Assembly: GCA_900234795.1 (NCBI GenBank)
Contig: LT962688.1
Coordinates: 120,001 to 152,000, forward strand
DNA: 32,000 nucleotides
Source of the DNA: Methylorubrum extorquens
Lineage (GTDB): Bacteria; Pseudomonadota; Alphaproteobacteria; Rhizobiales; Beijerinckiaceae
Direction of reading: 5' to 3'
Under the pieces are notes generated by a model. The model saw nothing but the letters and a program-made list of their open reading frames with translations. It made no database searches and was not told the origin of the DNA. Numbering within the stretch: the first letter of the stretch is position 1; the number at the start of each line of letters is the position of its first letter. The position numbers and the translations under genes were made by a program. Shown here piece by piece: positions 25,915-32,000 of the stretch.

Positions 25915-27240
25915 ATGGCAAACCGCCTCTCGAGCTTAGGCGCCAGCCTGAGATGGTTGAGGGGCCAGCGCCCCGGACGCCGTTCCGACCCGCTCCCGTC
26001 CTATTTCGATTCCGAGCGCTATCTCGACCTCAACGCCGATGTTGCGATGGCGGTCGAAGCCGGTCTCGTCGCCTCGGCGGAAGAGCATTACCGCGTCTTC
26101 GGTCGCCGCGAGGGGCGCCCGATCCAGGTCCCGTCCGCGACAGCCGAACTCGGCGGCGGGATCGCCGGACAGTGGACCTACCGATATCCCTACCGCGCCT
26201 GGCCCGAACTGCCGGCCATCGCCTTCGCCGCGCCCCGACCCGGCCCTGAGGATGACGCCATCGCGCGACGCCTCATCGCCGCCTGGCAATCCGGTACTGG
26301 ACGCGCACCGGTCCAGGCCGACAGCGAGGGCATGTGGGCGGCCCGGAGTCAGGGCTTTCCCGATTTCCACCGTGCCCTGCAGGGCGGGGATGCGGGCGCG
26401 CTCGCGGGCCTGCTGAACAACCTGTTCCAGTCGCATCTCGCGCACGGCATCGCCATGGGGCGCACGATGGCGACGCTGGCCCGCCACGCGCCCACGCCGT
26501 TCGCCGCAAGCTGGTGCGACCGGCTGCTGCGGCTCTCGGAGGCGGTCGGCCTCGCCCCGATCCGCTCACCCGAGCAGGGCGATTACGCGGCCGCGCTCCC
26601 TGGCCCCCTTGCCCACCATGTCGCACCCGCGCGTCTCGAGGCCGAGCTCGGCTTCCCCCTGGCTTTCCCCGAGGTCGGTGCCCCGTTCGGCGTGCGTTAC
26701 GGCGCCAACATCCTGCCCGAGCACGCCTTGACCCACGCCTACGCCGCTTGGCGGGTGGGACAACTCGGCCGCTTTGGCCGGGTGGTCGAGATCGGCGGCG
26801 GTTTCGGCGGGCTGGCTTGGTTCCTGCGCCATCCCGGCCGGCACTACACGATCCTCGATCTGCCCTTCACCAACGTGCTCCAGGGCTGGTTCCTGCTGAA
26901 AGCGGGCCTCGACGTGTCCCTGGCCGGCGAGCCGGACGCCGCGATCCGGGTCCGGCCATGGTGGGAGATCGAGCGGAACGAGCGCTACGATCTGGCGATC
27001 AATCAGGACTCGCTGCCGGAGATGCCGCCGGAGACGGCCGCCATGTACATCGCGCGGATCCGCGCCATCGCGCCGCTGTTCTACTCGATCAACCAAGAGG
27101 CGGCGGCACCGAACACCGACGCTTTCCGGCAGGCCGTCGTCGCCGATCTGGTTGCGTGGGACGGTGGCTATCGCAGGCTGGGCCGGCATCTGTTCTGGAT
27201 GCGTGACGGCTACGTCGAAGAAATCTACGCTCGACGCTAA
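25915..27240 (+). CDS. putative sugar O-methyltransferase-like class I SAM-dependent methyltransferase
   Basis: 441 aa. The N-terminus has an FDSERYLDLNADVAMAVEAGLVASAEEHYRVFGRREGR motif of a type I recall from glycan-modifying proteins. The C-terminal half has the SAM loop VVEIGGGFGGLAWFL followed by ILDLP. Confidence 0.65.
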   Translation: MANRLSSLGASLRWLRGQRPGRRSDPLPSYFDSERYLDLNADVAMAVEAGLVASAEEHYRVFGRREGRPIQVPSATAELGGGIAGQWTYRYPYRAWPELPAIAFAAPRPGPEDDAIARRLIAAWQSGTGRAPVQADSEGMWAARSQGFPDFHRALQGGDAGALAGLLNNLFQSHLAHGIAMGRTMATLARHAPTPFAASWCDRLLRLSEAVGLAPIRSPEQGDYAAALPGPLAHHVAPARLEAELGFPLAFPEVGAPFGVRYGANILPEHALTHAYAAWRVGQLGRFGRVVEIGGGFGGLAWFLRHPGRHYTILDLPFTNVLQGWFLLKAGLDVSLAGEPDAAIRVRPWWEIERNERYDLAINQDSLPEMPPETAAMYIARIRAIAPLFYSINQEAAAPNTDAFRQAVVADLVAWDGGYRRLGRHLFWMRDGYVEEIYARR

Positions 27241-27499
27241 CCGGCTGCGTCCCGCGGACATGGCGTCCGACGACGACCGCTGCGGGTTGTACCGGCGTGG
27301 CCGGAACGGGCTCTTGCCCGCGCGCCTCGGGCGGCGCTAAACACGTGCGCGGACTCGGTCGCAGCAACCGAACCCAAGTCCATCAAGGGTTTGGCCAGCA
27401 TCCGGATCGGACAGGGCCGTGCTCCGGTGCGGCACGGCGTGAACGGTCCCAAAGAAACGACGGCTGCACCGCGCCGCTTGGAGAGGAGTACATCGTCGG

Positions 27500-28465
27500 A
27501 TGGCTGCAGACGCCGAGTTTCTCATCGACCGCCGCCGTCTGCGCCGCAAGCTCACGCTATGGCGGATGCTCGGCATCGGTGCTGCCATCGTCGCCGTCGG
27601 TGCCTTGGGCTACCGCGCGCGGGTCGGCGAGGGCCGGCTGTTTCCGGCCACCGAGAATCAGATCGCCCGGATCTCGATCGGCGGCTTCATCGCCGGCAGC
27701 GACTCGACCCGCAAGCTGATCGAGCGGGTCGGCGAGTCGAACGCGGTCAAGGGTGTGGTGATCTCGATCTCGTCACCGGGCGGCACGACGACCGGCTCGG
27801 AGGAGCTCTACCGCAACCTGCGCGCGCTGGCCGCGAAGAAGCCGATGGTCGCCTTCGTCGATGGCACAGCCGCCTCGGGCGCCTACATCACCGCGATCGC
27901 CGCCGATCACATCGTCGCCCGCGAGACCGCGCTCGTCGGCTCGATCGGCGTGCTGTTCCAGTATCCGGACGTATCCGGCCTGCTCGACAAGGTCGGCGTG
28001 AAGGTCGAGTCGGTCAAATCCTCGCCGCTCAAGGCGGAGCCCTCGGGCTTCAGCCCGACTTCGCCGGAGGCCCGCGCGGCCCTGTCGTCGATCGTCCTCG
28101 ACACCTACGGCTGGTTCAAGGGCCTGGTGGCGGAGCGCCGCGGCATGGATGAGAGCCAGATTGCCGCCGTCGCCGATGGCCGCGTGTTCAGCGGTCGCCA
28201 GAGCCTGCCCCTCAAGCTCGTCGATGAGCTCGGCGGCGAGCGCCAGGCGGTAGAGTGGCTGGAGAAGGAGAAGAAGGTCCCCGAGAAGCTTCCGGTGAAG
28301 GACTGGAAGCCGAAGGCCGATGGCGGGTTCAAGCTCTGGTCGACTCTGGGGCTCGGCGCCGATCTTCTCGGCCTCGAAGGGCTTGCCAGCCGTCTCCGTG
28401 CCGTCGAGGACGAAGCCGCCGGGCTCAGCGGCGGGCTCCTGGCCGTCTGGCGGCCGGCTCCCTGA
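27500..28465 (+). CDS. sppA: signal peptide peptidase SppA, 36K type
   Basis: 321 aa with an N-terminal TM segment ([17 protein letters not shown]), then [36 protein letters not shown] and VGSIGV (ClpP/crotonase-like S49 peptidase). Confidence 0.9.
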   Translation: MAADAEFLIDRRRLRRKLTLWRMLGIGAAIVAVGALGYRARVGEGRLFPATENQIARISIGGFIAGSDSTRKLIERVGESNAVKGVVISISSPGGTTTGSEELYRNLRALAAKKPMVAFVDGTAASGAYITAIAADHIVARETALVGSIGVLFQYPDVSGLLDKVGVKVESVKSSPLKAEPSGFSPTSPEARAALSSIVLDTYGWFKGLVAERRGMDESQIAAVADGRVFSGRQSLPLKLVDELGGERQAVEWLEKEKKVPEKLPVKDWKPKADGGFKLWSTLGLGADLLGLEGLASRLRAVEDEAAGLSGGLLAVWRPAP

Positions 28466-28506
28466 GGTCTCGCGCCGCGCCAGCCCCGCATCCGGAAGAG
28501 AGCCGC

Positions 28507-28815
28507 ATGATCAAGTCGGAACTCGTGCTCAAGATTGCTGAGCAGAACCCCCATCTCTACCAGCGCGACGTCGAGACCCTGGTGAACGCGATCCTCGACA
28601 CGATCGCCGACGCCCTGGCGCAGGGCGACCGGGTGGAGCTGCGCGGCTTCGGCGCCTTCTCGGTCAAGCGCCGCGAGGCTCGCCGCGGGCGCAATCCGCG
28701 CACGGGCGAATCCGTGGCTGTGTCGGAGAAGGCGATCCCCGTCTTCAAGACCGGCAAGGAGATGCGCCTGCGCCTCAACCGCGCCGGTATCGGCGACGAG
28801 CAGCCGAGCGCCTGA
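28507..28815 (+). CDS. ihfB: integration host factor subunit beta
   Basis: [70 protein letters not shown] aligns with the IhfB/HU fold. The rpsA-sppA-ihfB synteny supports the call. Confidence 0.95.
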   Translation: MIKSELVLKIAEQNPHLYQRDVETLVNAILDTIADALAQGDRVELRGFGAFSVKRREARRGRNPRTGESVAVSEKAIPVFKTGKEMRLRLNRAGIGDEQPSA

Positions 28816-29042
28816 TCGCATCCGCTCTGAGACCCTGTCACGGGCGTGACACGAGGCGCGCTCTCGACATCTCGCTTCGCCGCGCCCATTTCGACGCCGC
28901 TTGCGCCGAACCGGCATCCCCCCTTCGGCGTGAAACGCTCTAGTTCTGCGGTCTGAGCCTCGAAAAGCCCCTCGCTCGAAAGCCCTTAGCGGCACCGGTG
29001 AGCCCCTCGCAGGCTTAACGCCGTCCGTCGGAGACCTCTTGC

Positions 29043-29411
29043 ATGATTCGATTTCTGAAGGCGCTGATCCTGCTGCCGATCGCGGTGGTGGTGGTCCTGC
29101 TGGCCGTCGCCAATCGCGAAGCCGTGACCCTCTCCTTCGATCCGTTCTCGCCTGAGCCCGTGTTCAGCCTCGTCCTGCCGCTCTACGCCGTGGTGTTCGG
29201 CTCGGTGGCGCTCGGCATTCTCGTCGGCGGTATCGGAAGCTGGCTCGGGCAGAGCCGGACCCGCCAGCGCGCACGCTATCACCGCCGTGAGGCCGACCGT
29301 CTCGCCAAGGAGGCGGCCGAGTTGAAGACCTTCGGTACGCCGGGCGTCGAGCCGGGTTACGCTGGCGCCGGCTCCTACACCGCCCTGCCGGCCCCGGCAC
29401 CGGCGCGCTGA
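29043..29411 (+). CDS. LapA-family (DUF1049) inner-membrane protein
   Basis: 122 aa with two TM helices (LILLPIAVVVVLLAVAN; LYAVVFGSVALGILVGGIGSWL) and a basic coiled C-terminus. GGAGA precedes the ATG. It occupies the conserved position between ihfB and trpF. Confidence 0.8.
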   Translation: MIRFLKALILLPIAVVVVLLAVANREAVTLSFDPFSPEPVFSLVLPLYAVVFGSVALGILVGGIGSWLGQSRTRQRARYHRREADRLAKEAAELKTFGTPGVEPGYAGAGSYTALPAPAPAR

Positions 29412-29427
29412 GGGCTTCGTCCCGTCC

Positions 29428-30076
29428 ATGGCAGATATCTGCGTCAAGATCTGCGGCCTCAGCACCGAGCCGACGCTCGACGCGGCTCTCGACGCGGGCG
29501 CCGACCTCGTTGGCTTCGTCCACTTCCCCAAGAGCCCGCGCCACGTCACCCTGGAACAGGGCCGAGGCCTGGCGCAGCGGGCGCGGGGGGAGGGCGCAGC
29601 GCGTGGTGCTGCTGGTCGATCCGGACGACGCGCTGCTTGCCGCCGCGATCGAGGCGCTCGATCCCGACCTGATCCAGCTTCACGGCCAGGAGACGCCGCA
29701 GCGCGTCGCGGAGATCCGTGCGCGGACCGGTCGGCCGGTCATGAAGGCCTTCGGTATTGCCGCGGTCGCCGATCTTCGCGCGCTTCCGGCCTATGCCGTC
29801 GTCGCGGACCGGCTTCTGCTCGACGCCAAACCTCCCTCCGGCGCCGATCTGCCGGGCGGGAACGGACGCAGCTTCGACTGGGACATCCTGAACGGGGCCG
29901 AGCTACCAGCGGGCACGATGCTGTCGGGCGGCCTCGATAGCGGGAATGTCGGCACGGCGCTGGCGCGCACGGGGCTCGCCGCCGTCGACGTCTCGTCGGG
30001 TGTCGAGATTCGGCCGGGCGAGAAAGATTCGGACAGGATCGCGGCCTTCGTCGCCGCCGCCCGTCGCAGAGCCTGA
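29428..30076 (+). pseudogene. trpF: phosphoribosylanthranilate isomerase trpF, +1 frameshift as sequenced
   Basis: The N-terminal frame (MADICVKICGLSTEPTLDAALDAGADLVGFVHFPKSPRHVTLEQGRGLAQRARG) turns into arginine-rich nonsense after the G6 run at 29585-29590. The next frame then reads RAQRVVLLVDPDD...IQLHGQETP...LLLDAKPP...GGNGRSFDW...MLSGGL...VDVSSGVE. Reading the run as G5 gives a continuous 215-aa TrpF. Confidence 0.85.
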
Positions 30077-30198
30077 GCATCGCGGGGATTGCCCAGCGGT
30101 TGCTTCAGCGCGTTTGTCCGGCTGTGCCGCATTGCGGCGACCCGCGCATGGGTCTAGCACGCGAGGCCACGATCAGATTTTCGCGAAGGACCGTCCCC

Positions 30199-31440
<1,242 letters not shown>

Positions 31441-31475
31441 GGGGGGAGAACCTGCGCGGGGGCCGCAACAGACCG

Positions 31476-31505
31476 TTGACACCCTCGCGCGCTTCTCCCT
31501 ATATC
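31476..31505 (+). promoter_or_regulatory. candidate sigma70 promoter for tRNA-Met
   Basis: A perfect TTGACA at 31476-31481 is followed after an 18-nt spacer by TATATC at 31500-31505, about 40 nt upstream of the tRNA 5' end. Confidence 0.5.
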
Positions 31506-31544
31506 CCGCCCATCGGACGCCGCGTCAGCGCCGTCCGTGACAGT

Positions 31545-31622
31545 GGCGGGGTAGCTCAGCTGGTTAGAGCAGAGGAATCATAATCCTTGTGTCGGGGGTT
31601 CAAATCCCTCCCCTCGCTACCA
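31545..31622 (+). tRNA. tRNA-Met (anticodon CAU, elongator-type; tRNA-Ile2 not excluded) with an irregular 3' acceptor strand
   Basis: Hand fold: GGCGGGG TA GCTC AGCTGGTTA GAGC A GAGGA ATCATAA TCCTT GTGTC GGGGG TTCAAAT CCCTC, then CCC-T-CGC-T-ACCA. The 5' strand GGCGGGG requires CCCCGCC. The observed 3' strand carries one extra T (a bulge) and T at position 72 (a G1-U72 pair). Confidence 0.8.
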
Positions 31623-32000
31623 ATTCTTCAAGTCATAAACCGTTGTAAACTATACAATTTCCTGAGAAGCCGGAGAAGGCTCAGTCTCAGGGTTTGACGC
31701 TTTTCTCGCCGGTTTGTCAGACGGCTTGATGCGTCGCTCGAACTCCTCGTCCAGCGTGTTGACGACCTTTCGCATCTTAGGCGCGAGGTCTGCGCCCTTG
31801 GCGTAGTGCCGGGCCATCTCAATGGTTCGCTGCCCGAGTGCGTCGGCGATAGCCCGTTCGTCGTGTCCGATCTCACGCAGGATGACCGCCAGGGTGTGTC
31901 GCAGGCCGTAGGGTGTGAGTCCGCTCTGGACCCTGCCTGCCTTCTCCAGCTTGATCCGCACCGTGCGCCAGGACGCGCGGAAACCGCTCAGCGTCCACGG
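31606..32000. mobile_element. left boundary of a tRNA-Met-associated integrative element (genomic island or prophage), continuing beyond the window
   Basis: Three observations support this. The 3' end of the tRNA is imperfect. An AT-rich junction follows (aattcttcaagtcataaaccgttgtaaactatacaatttcc). An integrase gene ends 28 nt from the tRNA. Confidence 0.55.
31650..32000 (-). CDS. tyrosine-type site-specific integrase (C-terminal part; N-terminus beyond the right edge)
   Basis: The frame is open to position 32000 (PWTLSGFRASWRTVRIKLEKAG...). It contains the catalytic-domain motifs GLTPYGLRHTLAVIL and IEMARHYAKG (the nucleophile Tyr). Its GC content is visibly lower than that of the neighbouring genes. 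Confidence 0.85.
   Translation of the reverse strand, partial: PWTLSGFRASWRTVRIKLEKAGRVQSGLTPYGLRHTLAVILREIGHDERAIADALGQRTIEMARHYAKGADLAPKMRKVVNTLDEEFERRIKPSDKPARKASNPETEPSPASQEIV

Noticed and set aside
24113-25921. 602-aa minus-strand ORF
   Set aside because: It is antisense to rpsA, which is unambiguous. The repetitive L/D/E-rich translation simply mirrors the S1 repeats.
29560-29620. Programmed ribosomal frameshift in trpF
   Set aside because: There is no slippery heptamer or downstream stimulatory structure, and no precedent for trpF. The same type of homopolymer break occurs in unrelated genes, so it looks like a sequencing artefact or a mutation.

Overview
This is a very GC-rich alphaproteobacterial chromosomal segment. 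Codon usage and the rpsA-sppA-ihfB-lapA-trpF-trpB synteny suggest Hyphomicrobiales/Rhizobiales, Methylobacterium-like, but that assignment is inference only. Positions 1-11438 form a dense sugar-modifying locus. A minus-strand operon encodes a fused sucrose-phosphate-synthase/phosphatase-like protein, a GT2 paralog, a GT28/MurG-like GT-B, a GT2, a GT4 and a SAM methyltransferase. Two GT4 genes diverge from it, followed by a zinc-ribbon GT2, a GT29 (sialyltransferase)-like ORF and a small GT-A-like ORF. I saw no flippase, polymerase, ABC exporter, priming transferase or nucleotide-sugar gene in the window. Positions 11.6-21.3 kb are housekeeping or miscellaneous: MmcQ/YjbR, an ABC-F ATPase, an MCP, an AlkA-like glycosylase, CcdA, a KefB/C-type CPA2 antiporter and pirin. 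Positions 21.4-22.7 kb hold a small membrane-anchored protein, a decayed SRAP (YedK-like) fragment and tRNA-Glu(UUC). Next come rlmB, rpsA, an inserted sugar O-methyltransferase-like gene, sppA, ihfB, lapA-like, trpF and trpB. The window ends with a tRNA-Met(CAU) that has a damaged 3' acceptor strand, followed by a partial tyrosine integrase; this looks like the left end of an integrative element. Four reading-frame breaks in three genes (the GT2 paralog twice, a GT4 N-terminus, trpF) are each repaired by removing one G/C from a short homopolymer. A C10 tract lies in frame inside the same GT4 gene. No CRISPR array, rRNA gene or recognisable defence system was found. The many long alternative-frame and antisense ORFs are high-GC artefacts.
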